This document shows positions 14,001 to 37,715 of a stretch of 64,000 bases of DNA, in pieces; the stretch's first letter is position 1; every line of letters starts with the position of its first letter. Under the pieces are notes generated by a model that saw nothing but the letters and a program-made list of their open reading frames with translations, had not been told where the DNA came from and did no database searches. This stretch comes from Styela clava (taxonomy: Eukaryota). The DNA is taken from positions 248,001 to 312,000 of the forward strand of contig NC_135250.1 of assembly GCF_964204865.1 (NCBI RefSeq), written 5' to 3'. The position numbers and the translations under genes were made by a program.

Positions 14001-15244
14001 GCGGAAATGAAGAAAGCTGAAGACAACAAACAATACAAACTTCCTGATGGAAAGGTGAAATGTCACATTATTGTGGTTTTTTGAATACCTCATTAATTTT
14101 AGGCGGCCGACTTTCCAGGTTTGCATATAGGAAGATAGCCAATATTAGAAAAATACCGCATTCTGTCATATTTTAACATAGCCAAGTAAATATTCGATTT
14201 TTACAAAAGAAGAGTATCTCTTCCCAGCTTTAAATCTTTGACATCGTCACTCATACGTTGATGCCTCTTGTCACCCTCAACTAGCTACCTCAATACAAAA
14301 TGACCTAAAATCCGGGAAAATTTATTTTTCAGGAAATAGCTATTGGGAGGGAGCGATTCCAGTGCCCGGAACATCTCTTTCAGCCTCAGTTGGGCGGAAG
14401 TGACGTACCCAGCGTTCAGAAGTTGGTTTGTGACGCGGTGGAAACACAGGGCGACAAAACAATGTTCGAGAATATCGTGCTGACAGGAGGATCCACAATG
14501 TTTCCAGGTGAAGACATTTATAATTCAAGTACAAATGAATATAACCATCACGCCCTAAAACGAGCATTCTAGATTACAAGCATCAACTGAAGCGTTAAGC
14601 AACGTCCCTAACCATTTTTTTTTTGGTATATCACTCAAACTAATTCAAAATGAAAAAAAAAAACTTAAACAAAACAGGCCTAAAAGGATCACACAACAAT
14701 GAATCTACGGCTACGATCTAACATATTCAAGGGCACTGGCCCACCAAATCTCTTGTCATCAAATTATTTTGTTGGTCATGTTAAAAAATATTGGCGTATT
14801 GGCACTTGAACTATAGCCCCGTGAAGATATCATGACGTAACTTTTTGCATTTTGGTGTTCGATTTGCAATACGAAATCACTTCATTATTTATTCCGATTT
14901 TGAGACCTCCCCATCAATTTTTTTTATATTGTGACAACATGTGTCTAGCTCTGTGTAACGTAAAAGTTTGTAATTTTTGATTTCAATTAACCCCATCAAG
15001 TTCTTCAAACAACATCACGATAAAACTTTGTTTCAACTTTACAGGAATAAAAGAGCGGATTGGAAAGGAAATAACGGCGTCGTTGCATTCACAGAAAGTG
15101 ACAATCCAAGCCCATGATACCCGGAAGTTCAGTTCGTTCATCGGTTCTGCGATTCTAACCGCCCTTCCGACCTTTGAACCCCTCTGGATCACAAAACAAC
15201 AGTACGAAGAGATCGGCACTGGCGTTGTCGCAAAGATCGAATAA
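11012..15244 (+). CDS. Highly divergent actin-like protein, 7 coding exons (332 aa, or 374 aa with the upstream exon-2 acceptor)
   Basis: Exons 11012-11125, 12026 (or 11900)-12160, 12945-13053, 13566-13727, 13951-14054, 14333-14507, 15045-15244; all GT-AG; short model 999 nt in frame. Motifs [70 protein letters not shown]. Same six intron positions and phases as the neighbouring actins. Confidence 0.88.
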
Positions 15245-16073
15245 TTCTTAAACTTATGAACCCAAAGTTATGAACATATACCTCAAACAACGACACATTT
15301 ATTCCTTTATTTTGGTTTTTCTCTAACCCGATCAACGACAAAACCTTCGCATGATTTTGATAGACAAGTTTAACCAGTCTTTGAATGGCTGTCTACTTTT
15401 GCTACAGAGATGTTCCAACATAAATGTGAAAACTATGTTTAAGAGTTCCTTGCGTTGACGTCACCATCTCATTACGTCATGTTCCTTTTTTCAAAAATGT
15501 CAGCATCACTAGTACTGGTATCTTTTTAGCATAGGAATTGGACAACTGGCTTTATAATCTTTACCATTGATCAAAATTAAATAGAAGTTTGCCTCCATAA
15601 CGCATCAAACCACATGCACTTACATTTGTTTCCAGATTTTCTATATTTCTCCTTAATTTCATATTAATCTCATATTTCATATTCACAATTGAATACCTCG
15701 AAGTATCACCGAGTATGAACTTGCAATATTGAAATTTGTCATATTTCATCTCGTCTCAATAGTTTCAAAACACCATCTAATGTTCATTTTTACTCTACCA
15801 ACAAGTGCCATGAATTTTTACTTTGTATAGCTTTTTGCCCGTTCCTGATTATGTTTTATCACACTGCATTCAAATATTTTACGTCATTGAGATGACGTCA
15901 TATGTCTACAAAATACTAATACATAACGTGATATCACGAATTCTATTTTGAACTACTCGGTACGTCGCTGTATATATCCCAAACAGTAAAAAATGACAAA
16001 CTAACTTTGACTAATCCGACCCATATTTTCTCTCTAATGTCACAGAACCTAACTTTTTACGTAAAATACTTAG

Positions 16074-19569
<3,496 letters not shown>

Positions 19570-20569
19570 GCCATCATAGCTTCAACTACTAATGTAGAGT
19601 AGACCGTGTCAAATTATTTCAAGAAAACTAAAATTGTCTTCTGAATTTTTTCCGATAAGAAGATTAGTTTAGATTTTGAAAAATTTGATGCTTTCTGCGC
19701 TACTTGGTAGTAATGAATTTTTCCTCTATCATCTAGTCAACTAACATTATATCCATCATGTATTTCCAAGAGTAATATCCATGCATTAGGTAGTTTCAAT
19801 CCTGAACCATCAACCGTACCGATATTATATATGGAAATTGTATTATTATCAAACAGGACTCGTGCAATCTGTTTGTTGATCATATCTGAGTCTGTTGTAA
19901 AATACTTGTTGATACTGGCATACCGTAATGTGTTCCATGTTTTATTCTTACTCGGATGGTACAAAATTTAAATTTTTGATATTTGCCTAAAATTTAGCAA
20001 TTGCGTTTTATATATTTCTATTGTTGCAAATTCTTACCCATATACTTAACTTTTCTTTGGGCAAGCTCGGACCATGAATAAATTTACATGTTATCCACGG
20101 TCCGTGTTTGTCCTTGGATAACAGAATGTATCAAATATACTTAGATGTCACGTGAGCAACAAAGGTTCATCATTGTGAATATTACATTGTGTTGTGTCGC
20201 AGTTATGACGTCATTATTGAATTTAGTCATGCTAGAATATGACATCATAATTACTTAAAATGAAGTTTTTATGGCGTCACTTCTTCGATTATGACGTCAT
20301 AACTATTTTTAGCTTCATTGTATTATAATACTATACTCAGTGTGCAACTTTACCATCATTGTGTTATAAATGTCGAAAACCCTTTTACATTCCGTCCAAT
20401 CTTGTCTTCAACGCCATTTTTTGTTACCCGCCATTATTGTCTTTCCCTATCCCTACGTCATAGTACTTTACTTGAACTATATGTTACCTAACAGTACTAA
20501 CTTGCCCTTGTTTTGTTTTAGCTATCACAGGTTAAATCCTTAGTTATTCTAACTTAACTGTAAATCTAA

Positions 20570-23814
<3,245 letters not shown>

Positions 23815-25060
23815 GCACTCCAAGATCAAATTCGCTTTTGCGCTAAGATGATCCGTCATCTAATTTTCGTACTTGGATAAAACATGTGAAATAAACTTAT
23901 AAATTAGCACGAAATAATAATAAAAAACCAAATTAGATGATATAATTTTTCGTCTTGTATTTCGGTTCTTTTAACTTATTCTTGCTACGTGTACTAACTC
24001 TTACGATATTTGTTGATAAAACAACAAAGAGTTATTGCTAAATTCAAGTTTATTTCACATATTTTTCAAAATTAAATTGGTGAAACAATATATTTTATAT
24101 TCATTTACTCGGGATATCAATATTAGAATTATAAAAACGGTCTAGAAATTGTTTCAAAATTATAATGAAAATAATCTCGTTGGTGTAAAAATGACTCTAC
24201 TTTATATGCACTGTCAAAGTATGGGGAATATTTCAAACGAAATTGTTTTAATTTAAATGAAATATTCACAAAAATTGGTTATTTTGGTGTTTTTAATATT
24301 ACCATTTTAGCATGTTGCTTCAAACGACGTATCGTTGAAAATGTTTCTGCTTACAATCTTCAAACAACGTTATATTATTTCTTTACATGTAAATCGCGCT
24401 GACAAGGCTATTCCGGCCAGAAGGTAGTTCCCAATGCGGTTGTGTGTGAATTTGGTTACATATAACAAATGCGGTCACGAGTGGCCTTTCATTCATAACA
24501 TCACATTCGTGATAAATCTTCTGACTGGATCGTCTCGGTCATTTTTTATTTTTTTCAAAATGTTTCTACATTCCGAATGGCATTGTGTTTAGATTACGTC
24601 GCACACTCCAACCTTTCCGTACTTTATTGAAATTATATATTTGGAACTTTTATGCCCGGTGAAGCGTTTTCATCTGATAATCCTAATAGTTTTATTCCCA
24701 ACATATCATAAAATGTAATGTGTCATTATGTGAATGCTGAAAAATAAAGTGGCGATATCCCACATTCCCTTTCAAACAACGTCGTCAGCTATATTTAACG
24801 AAGTATTGTGATGTATAAGTAACAGTGCTACTACATATTGTGATGGAATTTAATACGACGATTTTCAATTGTGTTGTCATTGTGACGTTATTTTGCACAG
24901 CATTTTGTTTGAAACATTTTCTTTCATTCTCACCCCGCCCCGTGGTCACCATTGTTTATATATCAATTATTTAGTTGTGTGCTGGTTCTTACCTGTACTG
25001 TATTTGTTTTAGCTGTCACAGGTTAAATCCTTAGTTATTCTAACTTAACTGTAAATCTAA

Positions 25061-28365
<3,305 letters not shown>

Positions 28366-28952
28366 TTTAACAATAATGTGTGCGTTCGCGCTTTTACTAG
28401 TCCCCCGTCACCGTCCAGGAGTTAATTTACATAATGCTACATCATTCAGTCTAAGAGTATCTTGTTTGAATACGATTTTATGTGTTTTTTAGTTATTTTC
28501 TAGGTTAGAGTTGTGCAGTATTGTGTCATAGTCATAGGAGATTAAAATAACCCGATTTCTTCAAATTAAAGCATACTATCTTCAGTATATAGATATTTCT
28601 TTAGAACATTTTATCGTTATTGTTACTTGATAATGAAATGTACAATTCTATTGTTATGTCACGTTTGTGATATTTCCAATTATTATGCAATCACAATAAT
28701 CAAAACAATATATCTGGAGAATTAAACACTACATTGTGGCACTTACAAATAACATTCCAATTTCATCATAACCGTTTTTTACTTTCCGTATATTTAAATG
28801 GATTCAAATTCGAAGAGAAATAAAAAAGTTATTAACAGAATGTGTCAATGAATATGAAAGCAGTGCCGTTGTGCGCAAATAGCTCACTTTAAGTCTAGTG
28901 TATGTAGATAAAGTGGATTTGATGATATGTCGCGGGGGATAAAAGGGTAGTT

Positions 28953-29396
28953 CAGGGGTCGGCAACCTACGGCCCGCGAAGTAGTATCACTGAATTATAG
29001 TAACAAAACAGCTGTTTTGGCGATTATATTCTATACGTATAATATTTTATTGTGAGACACATGGAGACTAAATTATATTATAACCTAAGAAGTATATAAT
29101 TCACAATTACTCGTTTAATGAGCCTAAAATTTAATTATAATTAGACAAAAAGCGGAAAAGTTGATGCTAAGTGCAAAGAGTCCAATGGCACCGAAAATAT
29201 TCAAATGGAAATATTTGAGATGCAATGCAGCGAGAAAATAAATCTATATTATATTCGAGAGATGTATCACTGCTTGATTTTTATTATAAAAAGTATCATC
29301 CGTTCGGTTTTCTACTTTCTAAAAATATGTGCGGCCCGCCAATGACTTGCAACCCTTAGTTTCGGCCCGCGAGCGACAAAAGATTGCCGACCCCTG
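28953..29396. mobile_element. hAT-like MITE
   Basis: TIRs CAGGGGTCGGCAA / TTGCCGACCCCTG with subterminal GGCCCGC motifs; no clean TSD seen. Confidence 0.75.
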
Positions 29397-31214
29397 AACT
29401 AGATATTAAGCTTAATGCAAATAGTTAAAGAAGGCTTCGCCAATATTATACATAAGGTTTTCTAGAATATATGAGATGACACAATTCAGTAAATATGACA
29501 ATATGCTTCGCAGCTGCCACAGGCAATGGTATGCACTTTGCAGTCCTTCAATATTTCAATTCTTATTATATTTATCCCAGGAGATGAAAGACGATAAGAT
29601 ATCTTAATGATATGATATAACACGCTTCTCGTCCGGTTACCAGTTCATGTCGGGTATGAGATTAGTTAGCCACTAAGTTGTTTCAGATACATGGACTTAT
29701 TTTATTCTTTTGAAGGGCGCAGTCCCGTTTTAGAAAAGGCATTAATGCTCTTACACTTGGACGCCTTTGATGTTCAGATTAGTTTAAGTTCAAATCGTCC
29801 ACCCGTCGGCTTAGAATCGGTAAATTCTAAAATCAGCTACCGGTAACCCGTCTAATGTACGGTACTGATGTTGTAATGCATAAACTTATCGATTTTCCGA
29901 CTCTTTTTCGTTTCGCTGTCCTAATAGTATCGCCTGAACAAATCGTACGGAGATGGGCATAACCAAGATCCAGATGTACGTACTTATAGGCAAACCGGTT
30001 TAGAATCGGTAAATTCTAAAATCAGTTATCTGTAGCGAGTCTAATGTACGGTAATGCATAAACGTGCTCAATTTTTAGACTCTTTTTGGTATCGTACGGA
30101 GATAGATGGGGATTCGTTCAAATAGAATTGTTTTGAAACAATTATTTTAAATCAAGTCTTTTTTTTGCCTGTTTTATTCAAAATGGCTGTACTATTTGAT
30201 TTTGTATTAAATAGGTTGAAGGAAAATGGATGTAAAAACTCGCCAAGCGCTTCTTATTTGCAATAAATCTTTCAAAACGCCACAAATATCGAAAGAGGCT
30301 CATGCACACCTTCTCAAGCTGTAGTTCAGTGGTTGGCGCAGTAAGACGCAACAGATAAGCCATTACATGAACGACCCTGTTGCGATAAAACCACCTTGCG
30401 AATTGAAATGCGATCGAATAAATGAGTTTGTATAACCTTGAAAAACTCTATCATTTCAACCTTAAAAACAAAGTATGCTAAGCATAAATTAAGTACAGTA
30501 TTACCCGTAATAATGCCTTCATTTTATGAGAAAAATGTCAATACATGAACTCGAAATCCATATTATGGCGCCATAACAGATTAGTTGAGGCCTCTTTGCA
30601 TCAGGGACTCTTACAATTAAAATAGGCTAAGCTAGGGTGTCTCATCGTTTATATTAGTAAATTACCGCCGATATAAACATATTCTTCATTATCGACATCA
30701 ACTCGTTTTGTCGAAGGGCTGCACTTCATCTAATTGCTTTTGTAGTAGGCTCGTGAGCTAATTTTCACCAATTTTTCTTACTCAAAACGTCTCTCTGATA
30801 TCTCGGCTAAACATTCCGGAGTATACCTTATGACTTTGGTGGAGATACAAACGTGGTGATAAATGTACGCAATAGAAGTAAAAGTCAAAATAGAAATTTT
30901 TTTTCACATTTTTCAAATTATAATTCCGGCTGCGTGTGAAGCTGCCAGAATTGAACCTTTTTGGCATAGTTTCGCAGCAATGCAAGGGGTATTTCTATAA
31001 AAAATACAGAAAAAAATTGATTTAAAACGAGCCCTTGTTTTAAAACACGATGTTTCATTTAAATTGATAAAAAAACAAAACACTAGAGATAGACATAAAT
31101 AAAAAATCCAGACACACGTACTTGTACGATCGCCGGTCCAGAAATCAAGCAATTCTCAAATCAGCTACCGCTAACCAGTCTAATGTACGGTACTATTCTT
31201 GTAATCGTGTAATG

Positions 31215-32321
31215 CAGGGGTGGCAAACACGTCGATCGCCACGTCTCGAGTAGTCGATCGCGTCTGATGTTAAGTCAATTTACTAACATACACCAAAAAT
31301 TGTCTTGAACCATAGGCATGAAGCGCATGCGTGTGTTTTAAAACAGTAGGAAAACAGTGCTGTACCGTCGATATACAATACACTTACAATATTTGAGTCT
31401 GTGCAAGTCCGATAGAGCATATTATTACGTAACAAATAAAAGTTTCGCTGCTGCCAAAGTTTAGGAATCAACGTGCGATTATCGTTCGTCTTGACTGACA
31501 AACGATCCTACAATAGCTTCCGCAGTAGGCCTACAAAAAAGTTATTGTCTCCCTCCAAGAGCAGTGCGATAAATTTTATTCACAAAGGTAGCAGTGGCAT
31601 CAGAATACCCGATTTTTTCTAATTCTATGCGAGCAAAGGGTCAGGGGAGGAAATTAGTTTGATTAGGAAAGCTTGATTAGTCATGTAATATTTATTATTT
31701 GAAAATAATTATTTTTTGCATTTAGATATTACACGGATACTTAGCAAGGTTTTATAAAAAAATTTTCGACAACTTTAAATTAAGCAGGCCTTAGATTGGA
31801 ATTGAATTATTTGTATAAATTTTAAATAAACGATGAAACCTCACTCTGGGTGCAATTACATAATGAAATTAACAAATTAAATGAAGCATAAAAAATACAA
31901 ATTTTTGTGGCGATTTCATTAAGAATGCGACGAGCTCATTAACAGCGGTATAATTTTTATATATGTGCAGTTATCTGCATATACTCAATCGTTTTTATGT
32001 TTGACCTTATTGGACACGTAGTGGACATAACGATCGTTTCAATATTATGTTGTTGTTGTTGTTGTTCATGTTCTTTGACACGTTTTTAAAAAGTCGCTTT
32101 TCTCTTCGAATACTGGACCAATTGCTTTGAAATTTTCAGTGGTTAAAGATAAAAATTTTCTCCAGAAGGCTATTACTTTTTTTTTCGCTATGACGTCATC
32201 AAAATTATGTGACTCTACGTGTCCATATATTTGAACATAGCTTTCTTGTTACCGATCAGCTGATCGCGAGCTATTTTGAAGATTTTAGTCGATCGCTTTC
32301 AGAAGCAGGTTTGCCACCCTG
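31215..32321. mobile_element. Non-autonomous hAT element with nested insertion (32009-32250)
   Basis: TIRs CAGGGGTGGCAAAC / GTTTGCCACCCTG; perfect 8-bp TSD GTGTAATG at 31207-31214 and 32322-32329. Confidence 0.88.
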
Positions 32322-34769
32322 GTGTAATGCATGACCTTGGTCAATGTTTCTACCCTCGTTATTTGCATGGTCTATCTCTAGTTAAATGAGAACTGATCCT
32401 ACTGAAATAGTACTCAGACAACGTCTACTCGCCCGCGCACTTGTTTAGAGATAGGGGTAGTTATAAGAACAACTACCGGCACATCGGTACTAAATCTGAT
32501 GTATCATTGCACAGACAGGTTTTATAAAATTCGACTACATCCTAATATAGAGTCCAATTTTTGGTGAAATACTGCTATTGTCCAACCACGAATTGATATT
32601 TTATTCTTATCAGTTATATATTATATCTTATCCTAATCTAAACTAATATTAGATAAGTTAGGACATGGAGCAATGAGCTATCTTCTAATCAAAATTAAGA
32701 TAAACAGAATTGCAGAAAACTATTCGAAAAATAACTGGCAGTCCAATAACTGAATAACACTCTTTTACCCTATTAAAATTTTTAAAAAGACGCACCTTGA
32801 AATCGCAGACATCAATCTATGGAAGTCCTTCGTCCTAGACTAGATGAATAGTCATGTCCCTGCTGTCTCCGTAGACTGGTGGATGAGTGAAAACTCATCC
32901 TGCGGAATGGTGATCTTTTCTAACGGTGTTTGACTCCAGGAGTGTTCTATTTTGCACCACATTGTAAGACACGAACCAATACTTTTTTCCTCTTGACATA
33001 TTATCAAAAAAACTACTTTGTAAATCCCAAACATCTATGAATTGAAATTAGATTTCTAGAATAAACATTGTTGCCTACCGGTATCTCGTCTATAACATAA
33101 AGACCAATCAGTATAATCTCTCACTGCAGGGTCGCAGTTGACCCCTGATGAATCTTGAGTTTCAATGACGTTGGATCGTCCTAATTCAACTAAAAACACT
33201 TTATTATTTTGAAAATTATAAATACTTGAATTCAGCGGCCTACGGAAGAATAGAGCTTAATGCCGTGACCGGTGTGACACAGCAAATTTACGTTACCAGA
33301 TTTTGAATAGCGACAACTTGTATTAGTTTGCATCTAACAACCAAAATATCGTTTCAAGATTCACGAAGTTTCTTTCGTAAGCATGATGATTATTCGATAT
33401 CTGGTATTTTTCCCAGAAGACTTGTTTTAAATTGAGTCTTGCCATTGAAGCCAGGGATGCTTCCGTTACTAGAACCCATGCTGAAAATATTATTTTATAT
33501 CATTAATATTGTTTAAATCATCCGAGAAATGTACCATTCAGAAGAGCAGATTACACAAACAAATTCTATCCACATATGCAAAGTTAATAGTCATATTTGA
33601 ATCCATTTTGTAACTTAGCTAAAACCCAATAATATTCTGTAAAAGATTCAGTCAACCCCCCAACTAGTACCTTATTTATACAATGTTCATATACATTAAC
33701 TGTGAATCTTAATAATGAATTTGGGGGGAGCTGACTCTGATGACCTTATGGTCGCATCGCTTCCTCCAGTCTATACCGAATTAACTTGTATATTTTGTAT
33801 ATATTTTATTGTACCATTTCTTGTTTTTTGGTTGATGAAACAATAAATCTCTCTCTTTCAAGGAGACTCTCACAGTCTGGTATCAATAATTGTATGTTAG
33901 AACTTTTGTGTTACGTCATAATCACCACACAATTTACTAATATGGTATCTAAATTTCGTAAACTTATGCTGTAGCCAATACGGATCTTTTGTACAAGACC
34001 CCCGCCAACGCTCGAAAAGGAAAATTAGTAATAATCCAGTCAAGGTTAGGATTGCACTGGAAATTCAATCTTTCAAACCATTCCTAACCCTAAACCTACC
34101 TGAATAATCATTAATTTTTTATTGCAAAACGTGGCGGGGGTTATGTTATTCAAATATTTATTTATATTAGTGTCGTGGGCTTTGTGCAAAAAATCCGCCA
34201 ATACAGAATACATGGTATGTCAACGGTATGTCATTGATTTACAAGAGTCTTGGGTAACAGCGTCTTGTAGTTTAGGTGCTAGTGTGACGGTGCTAGTTTT
34301 TGTTTTCTTTGAAGCGGAATCATAGCCGTGGTTTCGATTAAAATATTTTTACCCCGCATCGGAGTGTGGGCCACTCTTACGTTTTTTCAAGAACTATTTT
34401 TTTTTTATTCTTAAACGATTCACTGAAAAGTGACTTTTCCTGGTTTCCTCCGAAGGTAGTTTTTTGCAAATGCCACATCTTTGCATTTAGTGGTTGAAGC
34501 TTTCCACAAAAGATTCTATATTTCTGCTGCGTAATGAAGTTCTTTACTTGTGTCATTGTACTGTCGAACATATTCTATGACTCTGCGTCTCACGAATTCT
34601 TCTAAAGATTTTACTGATTTGGCGAATACACTCAAATAAAAGAACGATACAGCTGCGAATCTCATCCTAAATCAGGGGGTCGCAACCACGCAGAATACCA
34701 TTGTTAACAGGCTCTACATAATATTACTTTTTTATCGAATATCTCATTTTGAAATCTATTCTTCAGAAC

Positions 34770-35006
34770 CTGCGCCTCTAAGTAAAATGAACCAAGATGG
34801 CGGACAACGGAACGTAGCACGTGTACCAGGTTAGGGTTAAGCCGTAATTTCAGGTACAAATACTATGGGAGTCTCTTGACTAGTCCCGGAACTCGTAATA
34901 GAACTAAAATAAGGACAATTGGAATAAAATTATGGCCTAACCCTAACCTGGTACACGTGCTACGTTTTGGTGCCCGCCATCTTGGCTCACATACTTCGGG
35001 AACATC
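34770..35006. mobile_element. Fold-back MITE, family 1
   Basis: Arms CCAAGATGGCGGAC..AACGTAGCACGTGTACCAGGTTAGGGTTA and reverse complement; same internal sequence as 2596-2816. Confidence 0.85.
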
Positions 35007-35339
35007 AAAAAACTGGTACCAATATTCTCCCACTGACAAATATCCTGGTCACCACCGCCATCAATAGTGAAAAACACGAATATGACTTCTTTTATTTATT
35101 TACAAAAATGGTCCAATATGTTACAATCAATTTTGATTCGTTGTCATCGACCTCAGAAAACGACGACGTTTGAGCTGCAACCGTACATGATGCGGCAGAT
35201 TACACACAGCATGTATTGTCCTGGAAGTAAAAAATTGTAGATTAGCATCGGGTAAGAGGATATAGTGACCAGGTAAAAACACGGGGATACGGTGAATAGA
35301 AACTATTATATGTCCTTGCTGTTTAGCTGTCATTTAGAA

Positions 35340-36840
35340 CAGTGATTCCCAAAGTGGGCGATATCGCCCCCCGGTGGGCGAAAACGATACAGAGGAGGGC
35401 GAAAAAGTCGGAGGGGGCGATTTCGCGAAACCTGGTTTTGTTCGGCGCATCGTGCACTTGATTACCGTACTCTGCGTGCTTTCGTAGGTTTGAATCACGT
35501 GGGCGATTATCACACGCGAAAGAATTGCTGGACTCGTCTTCGCAGTAAGGCACGGTAGTTTGCGTATCCCAGTGGTCAAGAAAATACGGCCGGAGTAAAA
35601 TAATCTAACCCGGGACGCTTCACTGAATAGACCTTTCCCCGACCTTTGACCGCGGGAAATTCTCCTTATACTTTACCATTTTAAAATTTTCGGTGCTTAT
35701 TTTAAGAGTGGTTTCGCGAGTTGTCGACTTTAAAATGGGGTATTTCTAACTATCATTCTAATTCATACCATTCACCAATCTGTTTTTTGAAATTACCGGT
35801 AAAATTTTTTAGCCTAGTCTATCACAGCTATTTCTACTCTAATTTTTGATTACGACAATCAAACTGAAACTCATAGGAAGACAAAGTGTTCAATAAATTA
35901 TTTGATTATTAGGTAAATTTTCGAAACACAATTAAAAACAAACGAATATAATTTGAAAACCGAGAAATTGAGGTAATGTTTACTCTACGACCACGCTTGA
36001 AAATCAGTCTGAGCGAGAAAAGCGTCTGAGCGGATGTGAAAGGGGGACATTGTAACGTTTATTTTTGCATCTTGCTGATTGGCCAATGTCACGAAGTAAA
36101 CAAGGAAGTCTATGCCTGGGGAATCATCTAATATACACACAAAACGGCGTTTTTTAGATGAAATAATTTTATTTATAATCTACGCTCGAGGAGCAAATTA
36201 CATTTTTTACGTAACAGAACTTATCGTGAGACACGTTTAGACTAAATTATATTATATCCTAACAATCTGGTGAACAGCTGCTACTCGTTTAACGAGCCTA
36301 CAATTCAATTATAATTAGACAAATAGCAACACGCAGAAAAGTTGATGCTGGGTGCAGGGATTCAATATCGCAGTAAATATACAAAAATCCTTATCAAAAG
36401 TTTGGGAAAATTAACTTTGTTTTCATTAGTTTAATGTGAAATGTGGTGAATTCGGGGGAGGAAAATGCAATGAGGTAGGTACACGGCGGTTTTTGAGGAG
36501 GTAGAACCCTGGATTCTTTCATTCCCGACCTCTTATATATATGATAAAAAAGGGGTTTTCAGCCGTGCTACTATTGCTATCAAAACAACGAAATCGCCAT
36601 CAGTAAACGGGGTGATTTAAGATTGTGTCTGACGAAAATGCCACCTAATAATAATTAAAACTCGCTGAAGAACACCAAGCTCATTCATCTCATTAAAAAC
36701 ACTATAAAATATGATTTGTCTTCTTATTTGGTCTGTAATATATTCGTTTCTGACTTCACATTTTTTGCAGTGCCGGGGGGCGATGAAGTTGTATGAACTA
36801 CTGTAGGGTGGCGATGGTCAATAAAGTTTGGGAACCACGG
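35340..36840. mobile_element. Non-autonomous hAT element (~1.5 kb) containing a SINE-like segment and a probable nested MITE (~35628-36111)
   Basis: TIRs CAGTGATTCCCAAA / TTTGGGAACCACGG; 8-bp TSD ATTTAGAA / ATTTAGAC (one mismatch). Confidence 0.8.
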
Positions 36841-37096
36841 ATTTAGACAGTAATGTAGGAGTATGAGTAAATATATAGTCCCAATCGCATATAAATGTCG
36901 TTTTTCAATAGTGCTGTTGGGCTGTTATATAGATAGCAGGTTAGGAAAATGGACTGATATATGTTTCCAATCGGCATTTGAGTAGTTTCCTCCAGCTTAG
37001 GAATAGGAAAGAATATATGGTCCCAATCGCCATTTGAATGGCCTCCCCTCTAGAGAGCTGCCAAACTGATGATGGTAGGATATGGATAGATATATG

Positions 37097-37271
37097 CAGT
37101 AGTGGGATTCAGCCGGTTCGTACCGGTTCTATAGAACCGTCTCACGGAATTTTATGAGACCAGCGAACCGGTTAGCGTTACTGGTTACTGTCAATGACTT
37201 TTTGTTACATAACCGGCTGGAAAATATGACTTTTGTGATGGAACTGGCAAAAAATTTGAATCCCACCACTG
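37097..37271. mobile_element. Small hAT-type MITE
   Basis: TIRs CAGTAGTGGGATTCA / TGAATCCCACCACTG; perfect 8-bp TSD GATATATG at 37089-37096 and 37272-37279. Confidence 0.9.
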
Positions 37272-37715
37272 GATATATGGTCCTATAACCTATTTGTATG
37301 ACCTCTTCCGCAGCGGGTTATTGAGCTGCCATACAGTGGCGTATCTAAGCCATGGGCGCTGTTTGGAAAGTGGTGCATGATGTTTTAATCGTAAAATTTC
37401 AATTTCATATCGGAAACAACTGAAACGTACAAGTATCTCGATTCAACCAACATCAGTCAGTGAAAATTGTCAGTCAACGATGAAGGGGATGCATCTTTAA
37501 AAACTTTACGTAGCTACTCCACTGTTGTCATGTATACACCGATTGGGAATGGGGGATAGAAAATGGCCCCGGTCGACACTTGAATAGTCGCCTTGTTAGA
37601 AGGCCATTGTGATACAATATAGAAAGCAGCATTGATTGTTAGGGCATGAGATGTGAATTGCCTATTCAGTGAAAAGTTTCATATTGACTTGTTTTTAGAA
37701 CTATTTGACACTTAC

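Noticed and set aside
32830-34620. Three exon-like minus-strand segments (~34615-34380, 33480-33296, 33034-32850) with plausible splice sites
   Set aside because: The frames I tried contain stops and I recognise no domain; possibly a decayed gene but not supportable.
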